Of a DNA stretch of 52,324 nucleotides, positions 11,765-25,143 are shown one piece after another. The stretch is from contig JAVEBF010000019.1 in the NCBI GenBank assembly GCA_051941275.1, positions 1 through 52,324 on the forward strand, read 5' to 3'. Positions within the stretch are counted from its first letter, which is position 1. Each line of letters opens with the position of its first letter. This stretch comes from Dirinaria sp. TL-2023a (taxonomy: Eukaryota). A program made the position numbers and the translations under genes. The notes beneath the pieces are model-generated. The model worked only from the letters and a program-made list of their open reading frames with translations, was not told where the DNA came from and did no database searches.

Positions 11765-13594
11765 ATGGCTTTCATACCTCCGCTGACTCAGTCGTTGCCG
11801 ACGACATTGCTCATCAGTGCTATTCTCTTCTTTGTGATCTATGTTGGCTACAGTGCTCGAAGCTATGCCAAATTGAGCCACATACCAGGGCCGTTCTTGG
11901 CGGCATGGTCAAATTTGCCACGGATGTACTGGGTATGGACCCGTGACTCGCACCTCATTCATACCGATCTCCACAAGAAGTATGGCAAGCTGGTGCGCCT
12001 TGGGCCCAATTCGATTTCGTGTGGAGATCCTGCCGAAATCCCCAACATTTATGCCTTCAATGGCAGATGGATCAAGGTAGACACCTCCGTTTGAACGTAA
12101 ATTCGGCGTGGATTGCTCATCTCCAATTGCACCAGTCCGACTTCTATTGGACCTTCATGCCGCTCAATAATGGCAAGATCACGCCCATGATGTTCACCAC
12201 ACAAGACGAGGACCAGCATCGGATGCTCAAACGACCAATCGCCAACGCGTACGCCATGAGCAACCTCGTGAAATTCGAGCCCTTGGTCGACAGCACAATG
12301 GATGTCTTTTTTCAACAAATTGACAAGCTGTTCGTGGAAACAGGCAAAGTGTGTGATTTTGGCGTCTGGTTGCAGAGATTCGCATTCGATGTCATGGGCG
12401 AACTCACGTTCTCCAAGCGGATGGGTTTCCTCGAGCGTGATGAAGATATTGGTGGGATCATGCAAGCGATCTGGAACCATTTCGAGTATGCTTCTGTGGT
12501 AAGGTCGTCATCCTAGCCATCAATCCCCACGCAACGTTGACGTTGTTTGCTTTTGCAGGTTGGGCAGATACCGTGGCTCGATTACTTTGGCAAGAAGAAC
12601 CCCATAACCTGGAGATTCCGCAAAGCCAAGCTCAACCCTGTCGTGACGTTCGCCATGGCCAACGCTGCTGAACGAAAGAAGGAGAAGGAGTCGGGTGATC
12701 CGGAATCGGCGTTGGCTGATAGGGATTTCTACTCACGCTTTCTCGATGCCAAGCTGAAAGATCCGTCGATCCCAGACTGGTTTGTATCCTGCGACCTTGA
12801 TATGACCGTATGCTGAATGTATCGCTTTGCAGGGCAGTCATGGCCTGGACCACTTCGAATATCACAGCGGGAAGTGACACGACGGCTATCGTTATGCGCT
12901 CGATCCTGTACAACCTTTTCAAGCACCCCCAGAGTTTATCTCGGCTTCTCGAGGAGATCAAGACGGCAATGAAGGAGAATCGTATCTCCAATCCAATCAC
13001 TTGGAAGGAAGCACGAGACCTGCCATTCCTGGACGCTTGTATCAAGGAGGGTGGACGTATCCATCCTCCGTTTGGGTTGCCGTTGGAAAGAGTCGTGCCA
13101 GCTGAGGGTGCGACGATCTGTGGAAAGCGTCTCGAGGGAGGCACGGCGATCGGAATTCACCCTTGGGCTGCCCACAGGGATAAGGCAACTTTTGGAGAGG
13201 ATGCCGATATATGGAGGCCAGAGAGATGGTTGTGTGACGAGGCGCAGAGAAGGACGATGGAGGCGGGGTTATTGACGGTAAGTACCTGATTTGGCATACC
13301 CTTCGACAGCGCTCGCTCACGGGAATCGATCTAGTTCGGAGCTGGCCATCGAGTGTGTCTCGGCAAACATGTGTCGTACATGGAAATCTACAAGCTGATC
13401 CCCAGCCTCTTCCAACGTTATGATGTAAGTCGTCGCTCCATGATAGAACGGCACTTTTCCAGATAAAAACTAATCTGTGTGATTAGATCGAGGTGGCTCA
13501 GCCGGACGAATGGTTCGTAGAGGCTCGGTGGTTTGCTGTGCAACGCAACTTTCGCGTCACTTTCAGGCGGAGGGACATTGAGAAGATGTCATGA
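11765..13594 (+). CDS. Cytochrome P450 (pisatin-demethylase/MpaD/CicH-like group); 6 exons
   Basis: N-terminal TM anchor followed by IPGP; I-helix AGSDTT; ExxR (KEGGR); PERW; heme motif FGAGHRVCLG in the exon after 13334; stop TGA 13592-13594. Confidence 0.93.
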
Positions 13595-14416
13595 GCCAAG
13601 GGTGATGAATGCCTTCGAGAAGTAGGCATCCTTCTTGACTGCTTTCTAGAAGGACGGTTTCCTGTGGGTGGTAGAGTTATGATAGAGTCTATAGATCGTA
13701 GGGACAGACAAGATGTAAGATTACTACTATCGTACCTTAGTTAAGGTAGCAGTCCAAGGGAAAAGGCGCGACATGTGACCGAGCCGTGGTTTGCTTAGTA
13801 ATCAAGGCCCTTAGCAAAGCCCTTAGCAAAGCACTCTCGGCCCCATCGCTTCCAAACTTCATCCACTGTACTTCCCAGTCCTCAAGGCAACAGTCCTCGG
13901 ATACATACTCCACCAGACTGACATCCGTTGAGATCTGGAATATGTATTTCAAACACAAGTACCTGTGCAGTAGCACGTCGGAATTGATGCAAGCGAGCTA
14001 TCGAGACAAGCGCTGGGCTACTGCTTGTGAATCCCAATCGGTCAGCAAGCTGAACCCATCAATGCCCCCGGCGATACGCAAATAGGCTGTAGATACAGGC
14101 CATCAGAACTATGCGTTCCCTTCTACAGCTATTCAGTGGTCGAATGCAGTCACGATTATCCCCTTCTCAGACACTGCACCTATGCCGAAGTCTAATGATT
14201 GCTAATGAGCCTCTATGACCGTCTATCAAGCACCCTTCCCTCAATCAAACTATAGCTTCCTCTCAAGTCGATAAGAGATCCCGAAAGAGGTGGACACACT
14301 GGACAGCCAAGAATGCATTGCATTGTTTTGCTCTGCATGCTCCGTGGTCTCGACAGCTCTGATGACCCTACAGGTACCAAACGATACTGATGGAGTCACA
14401 TTATGCTGCAGAAGCT

Positions 14417-15416
14417 TCACTGCAGCCAGTGCTCACTTACAAATGCTAGGCCTTCTTTCAGCCAGTCGGTTTCCAACGTCGCTGGTACGTCGAAGCCGTG
14501 ATTGCCAGGCGGTGTCTTCAACAAGACGCTCGTTGTCGGATGAGTGCTTTTCAATGCTTCAACAAATTTCTCACTTCCTTCAACCGGAACCGCCGAGTCC
14601 TCATTCCCGTGGAAAATGAACATCGGCGGTACGCTTGACACTTGGTCCAATTTTTCGAGAGGGAATAAGTCTGGCTCAGTTCCAAAGAATTCGAGATAAC
14701 GGCCGTTCTGTACGATGCCGATTGCAAGGTCCCATCGCGCCGGTGGATTTGCGCTCGAGACAATCTGGCCCTTCTGTACCGATCCGAGGTGCTCATCTAC
14801 AACCTCGTTCGGAACCGGGGCATGACCCAGGATTGGCTTGTCATACTTCTTTTGGAAGAACTCGCTCTTCATGTCTATCATCGGGTACATCCCGATGATG
14901 GCTTTGATAGAATTTACGGGCTGCGTGAAGATTGACTGCACCGCCAGGTAACCTCCTGCGCTGTCCCCTACCAGCAATACCTTATCAAAATCGGCCTCCT
15001 TAGATGCGCCCACCTCCACGAGGTATGGCTCTAGGTCACGATGGAACCATGTCCAGAAATCAGAAAGATCGTCCAAAGCGTCTCTTGCCGAAGATTCCGG
15101 AAGCAGGCGGTAGTTGGCTGAAACTATAATAGCAGAGTTCAAAGCAGCATATTCAAGAAGCCACGACACGAAGAAAAACGGAAACAAGGACGTGCCCGTG
15201 ATCTTCGGGGTAGAGGTCAGATTTTTGGCTCCGTAGAGAGACTTGTATAGCACTTACGAGGTAACCGCCGTGAAATCTCACTATAACCGGGAGTTTTCCT
15301 GGCTTCGCATTCTTTGGCACGAGCACATCTACACCGATGGGCTGGTTGTTGACTGATTTGTATCCCGTACTGTGAATGTTGAACTTGGCAAACTTTTCGG
15401 GTCCTTCTGGCTGCAT
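14417..15416 (-). CDS. Alpha/beta hydrolase (HSL-like esterase; candidate trans-acting thioesterase/acyltransferase); one intron near 15204-15258
   Basis: Oxyanion HGGYL, nucleophile GDSAGG, acid HGNEDSAVP, His in GNHGFD. It is head-to-head with the HR-PKS, 328 bp apart. Confidence 0.9.
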
Positions 15417-15744
15417 TTTCGCACTTTTCCTTGCTTTCGACTGCGGAAGAATGAAGTGACTGCTTTCGTCGAGGAATCACTTTCCACTCATGAATTGGGA
15501 GCGTGAGGTGTGCGACCGCACTCCTTTTCACTCGGGACCTATAAGGACCCGGCTTTTCAGCCTTACAGGCTGGGACTCCAACCAACAGTTGACTCGCTTA
15601 GTGGGTACTCTAGGCATTCTCGCATTGTCGACTAGCAGATCTCCATGCTAAGGGAGCGTCCGCCGTCCTCTATGAAGCAATTTTTTTAGAAGATAGTCAT
15701 GCTGTGTAGTCTGCTTATGTAATCACCTTCTCCTTGCTTTCACG

Positions 15745-18700
15745 ATGCCGGGCAGAGTCAACGGCGTCAACGGCCTCACCCAGCCGCAAAGCAATGGCTA
15801 CACTGACAATGCCCGGAACATATCTCACAGTAACGGCCTCACCAATGGCTTTACTAATAATCACGACATGTACAATAGCGATGGGGTAGCTACACCGAAT
15901 GGATCCAATGGCTCTCTTGATGATCCCGATCTCAACAGCGCGAGCAATGGCAATGGAATTCACAGCTTGGATGACGAGCCGAATGATACGGACATGGCCA
16001 TTGTTGGGATGGGTATGCCGCTATTGCTAAGTTTGCGATCCAGTCCGCTGACGACTGAGGTGGGCAGCATGCCGCCTTCCTGGGGACGTACGTGACCCGG
16101 CAGATCTCTGGGACCTGGTATCAAAAGGAAGATCTGGCCATTGCAAGGTCCCATTGTCTCGTTTCAATATCGAAGGATGGTATCATCCAGATCCTAAGCG
16201 TTCGGGCAGTCTCAACATGCAGGGAGGCTATTTTCTGAAAGAGGATATCAGACAATTCGAAAACAGGTTTTTCGGCATCAACAATAAAGAAGCAGCTTCC
16301 ATGGACCCGCAACAGCGCAAGTTGCTCGAAATTGCTTTTGAGTGCTTTGAGAATGCCGGCTTAACTCTTGATGCATGTGCCGGTGCTAACATCGGATGCT
16401 ATGTGGGCAGCTTTTCCTTAGACTATCTTACTTCTCAGACGCGAGATATCGAACAGCTCAGTCGATTTTCGGCGACAGGTCTGGGTACAACGATCTTGAG
16501 TAATCGCATCAGCCATGTTTTCGATCTCAGAGGGCCCAGGTAAGTTTGTCATCGGGATTGACCGAAGCGATTTTGACCACTTGTAGCGTCGTTTTGGACA
16601 CGGCTTGCTCCTCCTCGTTGTACTCACTTCATGTCGCCTGTTCAGCGTTGAGGAATCGAGAGTGCGACGGCGCACTTGTAGCTGCAGCAAATCTAATACA
16701 GTCCCCGGACCAACAGATGCTGCTTGCAAAAGCTGGAGTCCTTTCGCCTACGTCGCAATGCCACACCTTCGACGAAAGCGCTGATGGTTACGGTAGAGGT
16801 GAAGGTGTTGGAGCGTTGTACATCAGGAGATTATCAGATGCCATCCGCGATGGAGACCCTGTGCGAGCAGTAATTCGAGGTACTGCGGTTAATTCGTAAG
16901 CTCATTTGCCAACGGTGGTATCCCGCTTCGCGATTGATATTGTTCGTAGGAATGGCAAGACGCAGGGAATTTCTCAACCAAGCGCCGCGGCACAGGAAGC
17001 AGTCATTCGAAAAGCATACGCTCAAGCAGGAAACCTTGATCCCCGTTTAACAAATTATGTCGAGTGTCATGGGACAGGTACACAGGCTGGAGATCCTGTG
17101 GAGCTTTCTGCAATCGCAAAGGTCTTCTCTCCTACCCGAGACTCCTCGAACCCACTATTGGTTGGGTCTCTGAAGACCAATATTGGCCATGGTGAAGCTG
17201 TTAGTGGAATTTCGGCTATTATCAAAACCGTGATGGCCTTCGAGCAGAACTTGATTCCTCCGAATTACGGCATCAAGAAGTTAAATCCAAAGATACCGTT
17301 TTCCGCGATGGCCATCGATGTGGTGACCTCGAACAGGAATTGGCCTTCTGGTATCAAAAGAGCAGGAATCAATTCTTTTGGCTACGGCGGCGCTAACGCG
17401 GTGAGTCGTCTTGAACGTCTACTACACATCACGAGCTCAACTATCTGCAGCACGCAATACTCGAAGCTGTCGAGTCGGTTATACCATACTATCACCAGGA
17501 CAGGGAATACAGGAGTCAGCCACCTCGAAGTTCTCTTAGAACAAAGTTCGTTCTTCCGATATCCGCATCTAACGAAGCAGCAATGAACGGCACGTTGCAA
17601 TCAATCAGGTCTGCCGACAAAGCATACGATTTACTCGACCTAGCCTATACTTTAGGCACCAAGAGATCAAGGCTCCAATCAAGAGGCTTCCTGGTTGCTG
17701 ACAGGAAGCAAGGGCTTCAGGATGATAGCCTTGTATGCGCGGAGAGCCGCCGGTCTCCAAAGCCACTAGCCTTTATTTTCACTGGTAATCTCCCTGGAGC
17801 CATTTTGCATTAAGCGACTTTGCAACTAAGTAGACTGCAGGCCAAGGAGCACAGTGGCCGCAGATGGGGAAAGAGTTGATGACAGAGTTTCCCTCATTCC
17901 TTCGAACCATACGCGAACTCGATGATGTTCTACAGCGAACACTCCATCCTCCGAATTGGACCTTGGAAGGTGATTAACAACTATATGCGCGTCAAGATGA
18001 AATAGCTGATATTTTCCCAGATCTGATCCTTGCACCAAAAGAAACCAGCCAAATTCATCATGTGACTCGGTCTCAGCCTATCTGCACTGCTGTCCAGATT
18101 GGACTACTGAGACTTCTGCACCGGGGCGCTGTCCGACCCTCGGTAGTCGTAGGACACTCTTCGGGTGAGATCGGCGCTGCTTTTGCGGCCGGGCTCATCA
18201 CAGCAGCTGAAGCGATTGTCGTCGCCTATTATCGAGGCTATGTCATTGACAAAAGCAATGCTCAAGGATCCATGATGGCCGTCGGACTCGGAGAAGATGA
18301 TGCTCTGTCTTGCATAAATGCTACCGACAATGAAGGGGCTGTTGTGGCCGCTTGTTTCAACTCGCCCTCGAGTACAACGCTGAGTGGCGACGAACGTGCC
18401 ATTGACACACTAGTCGACCATTGCAATGCCAGCGGAGTATTCGCCCGCAAACTAATGACAGGTGGAAAAGCATACCATTCGCACCATATGTATCCAATTG
18501 GGAAAGAACTTGAAAGACTGATCACCCAGGCTGTTCAAGGATTCTCAAAACCAAAAAGAATCGACAGCGAGGTCATCATGATCTCGTCCGTCACTGAAGG
18601 TGTTATAAATGGTCGGCCGCTACCTAACTATTGGCGGCAGAACATGGAGTCTCCTGTTCGCTTTTATCAAGCGGTCAAGAAGCTCATCTCTACAGGGGAG

Positions 18701-21700
18701 TACCACTTTGTCGAGATAGGTCCGCACTCCGCGCTTGAGCAGCCAATCAAGGCTATTGTCAAGGAATCGGGTCAAGGTGGGGACACTTATCCCTACAACT
18801 CCGCGATGATTCGGAGCAAGGATTCAGCGGTTTGCTTCTTGAATTTAATCGGAAATCTCTTTCTTCACTGGCATCCCATAGCCTTTGAGAAGATCAATGA
18901 AGTGGAAAGCCACAAGGATACCGGCGAAACCACACAAGGGAAGCTTTTAACGAATTTACGCCCATACAGATGGACGTACGACGATACTATTTCCTCCGAT
19001 ACTCGCATAAGCAACGAATTACGAGGCCGGAAGAACCCCACGCATGATCTTCTCGGGTCCGTCGTGCCAGGTTTTGACGGCGTGTGCTTTGTCTGGCGGA
19101 ATATCCTATCTTCGAAAACTGCTCCATGGCTTTTGGACCACAAGATAGGCAAGTCTGCGGTGTTTCCAAGCAGTGCTTTCATAGCGATGGCCTTGGAGGC
19201 TGTCTGTCAAACACTCGACGTCGTCCCAGTGCCAGGAAAGGACGCATTCACTTTGCGCGACCTAAGCCTACAAAACATGCTGCCCGTGCCAAGGGAAGAC
19301 GAAACGACAGAAATATTTTTGAAGCTGTGGCGTGAACGGTATGTATATGCAATGATAAACCCAAGCCGAACTCAAATAGGCTTATATTCGCAACATCACT
19401 AATTCTGATTTCCACATAGGATAACCGCGTATAGCACATCTAATAGATGGTTTGAGTTTGAGATTACCTCCTACAGCGAAAGCTCGCCAATGATTCATTG
19501 CTCAGGTAAAGTGTCACTGGAACGAGATGCAGGTCTTGAAGGCAGTGAAAAGGCTGATACGTCGACTCCATTGATGGAATCGAGCGGTCACAAACTTTGG
19601 TACGACGCGTTAGAGAGGAACGGCATAACCTACGGACCATCTTTTGTATCAATGAGGTCTATTAAAACACGCCAAATTAGCTCACAACTTCACGCATACG
19701 CCGAGACACCTCTTTTGCGACAGCTAGAGTCCTACAAATATCCAGAGTCTCGCTACATCATCCATCCGACTACTATTGAAGCTGGGATACAGCTTGCACT
19801 CGTCGCCGCTGCCTCTGGGGATCTTCGACAAGTGAAAGCTAGTGTCCCTGTTTTCATTGAACACTGCAAGATTGTGGTACCGCCGTCGGACCGTGGAAAT
19901 CCTGTGTTGGAAATGGAAGCATCATCCCGCGCTGCGAGTGTCCGTTCCTGGGAGTCCCATGTCACCTTTCGCAGCCAATCCAGCCAATCTCTAATTGAAA
20001 TATCCGGCATCTCTCTCGTCAACCTCGAAGTCGAGCAACAGAAGAACAGCTGGGCAGAGCGTCACCCCTGCCTCCGGATTTCGTGGAAGCCAGACTTTAC
20101 TCGCTTGGAAGATTCTTCCTTTAGCCACTTGTTAAGCACTTACGAATCATCCGTCGCTTCAGACTGTGAAGCCCCAAGCTTCAAAACTCTTTGCGCTGCC
20201 CTTGAAGTGCTAGCTCATAAGAATTCACGTATGCGTGTTCTGGAATTGGGCCGAGGATGTACCTTCAAATCCCAGACCTTTATGAAATCTTTGAAGTCGG
20301 GAGCTGCGGTGAAAATGTATAAGACGTATGCGGTTGGCGATATTAACAGCAGCGGTCAACTCTCGTTTGAGGTAATACATGATATCGCCAGAGTCAAAGG
20401 CACAAGATCTGCTTTGTCAGACCCCAAGTCCGCTTTCAACTTGATCATCATACCAGAAGTATGTCAGGGAAAAGTAGAAGTCGATTATGTATACTGATTT
20501 GTGCGCGCAGAAATCAACAGCACATATGTTGCTGCCGGAAAAGTGGGAGCTTCTTCAAGCCCATCTCCTTCAAGGAGGCGTTATCCTCTTCAACTCCTCC
20601 CCTTCGCTTGCACGCCATATGCAGGAGCTGGGTTCAGTCGTACCATTGTCAGAGGTCGCTTCGGTCTTCATGGTCACGAAGATGACCACCCGGTCTAAGA
20701 GGACTCTGCCCACCATTCTTATCGAGCCTTCAGCCAAACCCTCTAACTTCGCCCTCTCCATTATGGCAGCCATGCCAACGACACGCATAGACCTTTGTGA
20801 CGCCAATGAGTCCAATATCCCTGACAGGGCCAATGTAATTGTGGCACTGGAACAAGATGCCCCCTTTTTGAGCACCATGACAGGTGCTCAGATGGATAGC
20901 TTGAAAGTCATCGTGAAGAATGCTGGCCATGTTCTATGGTTGACTGAAAGGGACATTATCAGCGGCAGTCGCCCAGATTTCGGCCTGGTGCCGGGTTTTG
21001 CCAGAGCACTGATGCTTGAACAGCCTGGTTTGCGCTTCTCGACATTCGCCACAGGCGATGCCACATCCGACTCTAATTTGGTTGCCAAGCATACCGTCTC
21101 CATTCTAGATGGAGTGGGTAGCGAGGCTTTCCCCGAGGACCTAGAATTCGCACAGCATGACGGTCTGCTACATGTCAGTCGCTTCGAATACGATGATCTC
21201 TTGAATAAGCGATTCCAAGAAGCAATGGGCCGGCAAACCGTTACTAGACCATTGAAGGAAGCTCTCCCCGCTAAGATGAAGTTCAGAGTACCCGGCGTTG
21301 CAGAAACAGTCTCATTTGAACAGATGAGTGCAGACTTAGTCGGACTACAACCCGATAATGTCGAAATAGAGGTCATGTCCGTTGTCATCAGCCCTCAAGA
21401 TACCGATCACTCCGCGGGTAGGGTTCATACAACCGACGAGTGCAGCGCAACAGACTATAGCGGTATTGTTCGATCGGTGGGCAGCTCGGTCTCAGAGCTG
21501 ATCCCAGGTGACCGTGTGGTAGTTATGGCGCCTGGTAACATCCAGACCATTCAACGCTGTCCCGCATGGGCTTGTCATAAAATGCTCAAGCATGAAAGCT
21601 TCGAAAGCGCTGCGTCTTTGCCTACCAACTTCGCTACGGCGATTCACGCTTTGGAAAAGCTGGCAGACCTTCAACAAGACCAAACAGTTTTGATTCATTC

Positions 21701-23590
21701 CGGTGCGAGCAGTCTAGGAATTGCTGCCATCCAGGTCGCTCGAGCGATCGGCGTGGAAATCTTCACCACAGTGAGCACCGCAGAAGAGCGCCACTTGCTT
21801 CGAGATACCTTCTCGATAGCCTCGGACCACATCATTTCTCTGCATGGCTCTAGTTTCGTTACAGAGATCTTGAGCCGAACAAGGGGACAAGGAGTCGATG
21901 TTATTTTGAACACTCTGGCTGGAGATGGTCTACATGATACATGGCGACTATGTGCTCCCCTCTGCAGCTTTATAGATCTCGGGCGCAAGGATGTCAATGA
22001 TGCCGGAAAACTTGAGATGCGTCAGTTCAGCAAAGGTGTTACGTATACGGCGTTCAACCTGTTAGACATTTACCACAGCGCGAAACATCGAAAAACATGG
22101 GCGAGTCTTCTATCGACTGTTATGAATCGGTTTCGGCAAGGAAGAGTCGCTCCTATCCATCCGATACATATCCTCGGGCCGGCGGAAGCTACTCAAGCTA
22201 TCCAGAGATCGTCAGGGAAAATTGGCAGTACCTTCGTTCTTTCTTTCCAGGATCGAGAGATCCCAACACAGGTTGTTCTTTCTCAACACCGCACAAATCT
22301 CAGCCCCACCAAGACTTACCTGCTAGTTGGCTGTCTGGGAGGGTTGGGCCGCAGCCTAAGCAAATACATGATGAAACAGGGCGCCAGACGGTTTGTTTTC
22401 CTCGGGCGATCAGGATGCGATAAACCGGATGCCCAAAGATTAGTGGAAGGTATGATTAGATCCGGTGCAGATGTCCAAGTCATTCGTGGCAACGTTCTAG
22501 AACCGGGTGACGTCGAAGCGGCAGTTCGAGCAAGTAAGACTCCTATCGGTGGCGTTGTACAAGCAGCTATGGGCCTTGGAGTAAGTTGCCCTATGATCTA
22601 ATACTTCTTTCCTCCAGACTAACTCGCTTTTCATAGGAGGCGCTCTTTTCGAATATGACCAATGAGGCCTGGCACACTGGTATACAGCCTAAATACAAAG
22701 GCACATATAACTTACACTACGCTCTCGAGGGGAAAGATGCAGATTTGGATTTCTTCCTCATGACAAGCTCTGTTTCCGGCAGCACCGGCTTCACTTCAGA
22801 AGCCAATTACTGTGCATCCAACGCCTTTCTAGACGCTTTCGCACGCTATCGACGTAGCGTTGGCAAACCAGCAGTGGCTGTAGGTCTGGGCATGATCTCT
22901 GAAATCGGATTTATGCACGAGGATGCCGAAACGGAAGCTCGGCTCTTGCGAAAAGGCGTCCAGGCTCTGCCTGAAGATGAATTCCTGCAGATCATCGATT
23001 TGGCGCTAAGCGACTCCCTGAGTACCACTACAGCAGACGGCCATCCTCTTTACGATCCTTTAAAATCAAGCCACATCTTGACTGGCCTGGAGGTTAACAG
23101 CGTCAAAGAGCTCCGCAGACAGGGGTTTGATATTTCACCAGCAGCGTTCGAAGACGTGCGAGCCGCAGCCTTAGCCGCCAGTCTAGACGCCGAGGACGAG
23201 AGCCCGGCAGCAGCAGTCGCAGAATCAGGTACCTCGACAAGCGAGACCTCCTCTCCGGGACTCCCACAAGAAGTCACTGAGACGGCGGCAACGAAGAAGG
23301 CAAAAGATGGTCCCGTAATAGACCCTGTCACCGCGATTGCGGACCTCGCGAGAGCGAAACTCTCGAACCTCACCCTCATCCCCGTCGCCAAGATCAATGC
23401 CCAATCGCCCATTTCGGAGTATGGCATGGACAGCTTGATCGCGGCCGACTTCCGCACCTGGTTCTACCAGACTTTCGGCGGCGTCGATGTCCCGTTCACA
23501 GAGCTGTTCAAGCCGACTGCGACGGTGAGCGGGTTGGCTGAGTTTGTGGCTAAGGGGATTCAGGGGATTGCGGATGGGAAGAAGAAGTAA
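15745..23590 (+). CDS. Highly reducing iterative type I PKS (KS-AT-DH-pseudoMT-ER-KR-ACP); about 10 exons
   Basis: KS DTACSSS, ECHGTGT, KTNIGHGE; AT FTGQGAQW, GHSSG, AYHSH; DH LLDHKIGKSAVFP; ER region LIHSGASSLG; KR VGCLGGLG and NYCASN; ACP YGMDSL. All exon junctions checked by eye restore the frame at GT-AG sites. Confidence 0.95.
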
Positions 23591-25143
23591 ACTGGATCAG
23601 GGTGCTTGTTTGGGTATGTGTTTTGTGAGATCTTTGTCGGAGTCTTTTTTGGGGGGTTTCATATAGATTGCTATGCAGCTTTGGATAGATGGAATGTATC
23701 ATTATATCCTATTTTAGAACTTTTTTTTTTTTTCCTTAGGACCGCTCGAGTTTCAATGTCTGTGTGACGTGTCTCTCTAGAGTAAAACCATATCTATGTG
23801 TCAGAAAATCACCTGTTAGTCGTTCAGATGAACTTCGCAAAACTTTGAATTTTGAAATGAGTCTATGAGTACCCGTACCCAAAATTCAGACCGTAGCAGA
23901 ATAAAACGAGTCCACATGATTCAACCAAACATCTTCCACCCTCTAGTTACAGTTTCTACATTGATGCAAAAGCATGAGTGTGCATTCTATTCTTCCAAAC
24001 CCTTTACGAACCTTGATTATCCATTCCTCTCCTACCCTAGGTAGGAAAGACTTCGTTTCTAAACGGATTGTCAAAGACCAGCGATGAGGATCACCTGTAC
24101 GTGATGCTGGCTACGAACCTATTGCAATGTCAATAGAGCCAAGTATCCTCCTGTTGACGATGAGGGCACAGTGAGAGCAGTGTGTCCTCGTGATGACAAC
24201 TGTGGCCTGATCTGCTACATGCGTCTGAACTCGAAATCCGCGTCAACGTCGATTGTTCTGCGTGATTGACGTTTTACGTTGACACGAAGTCAAGAGAGAA
24301 AATAAAAAGGATTCGACTTGTTTCACGCGGCTCCGTCTTCAGCGACATCGATACTGTTACTGCCGAGAACATCCCCTTCGATTCGCCATCCTTCATCAGT
24401 TACAGTGCTACGTTTTGTAGACTGCAGCAAGTTCTCCTCGATATTCAACACGTCACGAGTACGATCAAGAGATGAAGACCTCGATATTACGAATACAAAG
24501 ATGTTACTAGACCGAGAAAGAGCTTCAGTTCTAGAGGTTGTTTCTTTACTTTTGATCACAGGATGAACCACGAGTACCGAAACGCTCCTCTGAAGTGACA
24601 GTAGGAGGCGTCGATTAGAGAACCGAGGCGATTGTGCCGAAGAAAACCACTCATTAATACATTGTTATAAATACAGAAGGATTATAGATAGATTGTTTTG
24701 ATGGCCGCATAGCTAGTCCTGATTGAGGACGGGCTCCGAGTGCCTAATGAAGTAATCAATCAATCAATCAAACGGACTGTCAAAAGACATTATCAACGCA
24801 CATATTAGGCACTGCATGTTTTGATTCTACGTTAAGTGCAGCTTAAAAAGGGGGGTCACAGCGCGATAAATTTTTTCTGCAGTTGCATTCGAAATTCGTA
24901 CTTGAGTCTATATCTAATACATATGAGTCGTGCCATGATGAGGGATAATTGTCAATCTTTTCGCTGCTGCTAATGTACATCTAAACCCTTCCTCAGAAAC
25001 CCCCTCCCCTTCCTTGGGAAATCCTTCACCCTTTGCTATTCCCTGAAGTCTACGGCATCCAAGCACCCTTCTATAACAATTTTGACTGGGCGTGAATGAT
25101 CACCCAGATGGCACTGCTCACTCGCGAGTAGAGCTGATATGCC

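Noticed and set aside
15745..15990. Asn/Gly-rich N-terminal extension of the HR-PKS
   Set aside because: Low-complexity NG-rich leaders are common in fungal PKSs and carry no specific signal.
8436..23590. Maleidride/alkylcitrate cluster (HR-PKS + hydrolase + ECH + 2OG)
   Set aside because: No citrate synthase, methylcitrate dehydratase, KSI-like or PEBP genes are present.
23800..25000. Possible transposon relic between the HR-PKS and the MBOAT
   Set aside because: I could identify no terminal repeats, target-site duplication or transposase/RT motifs.
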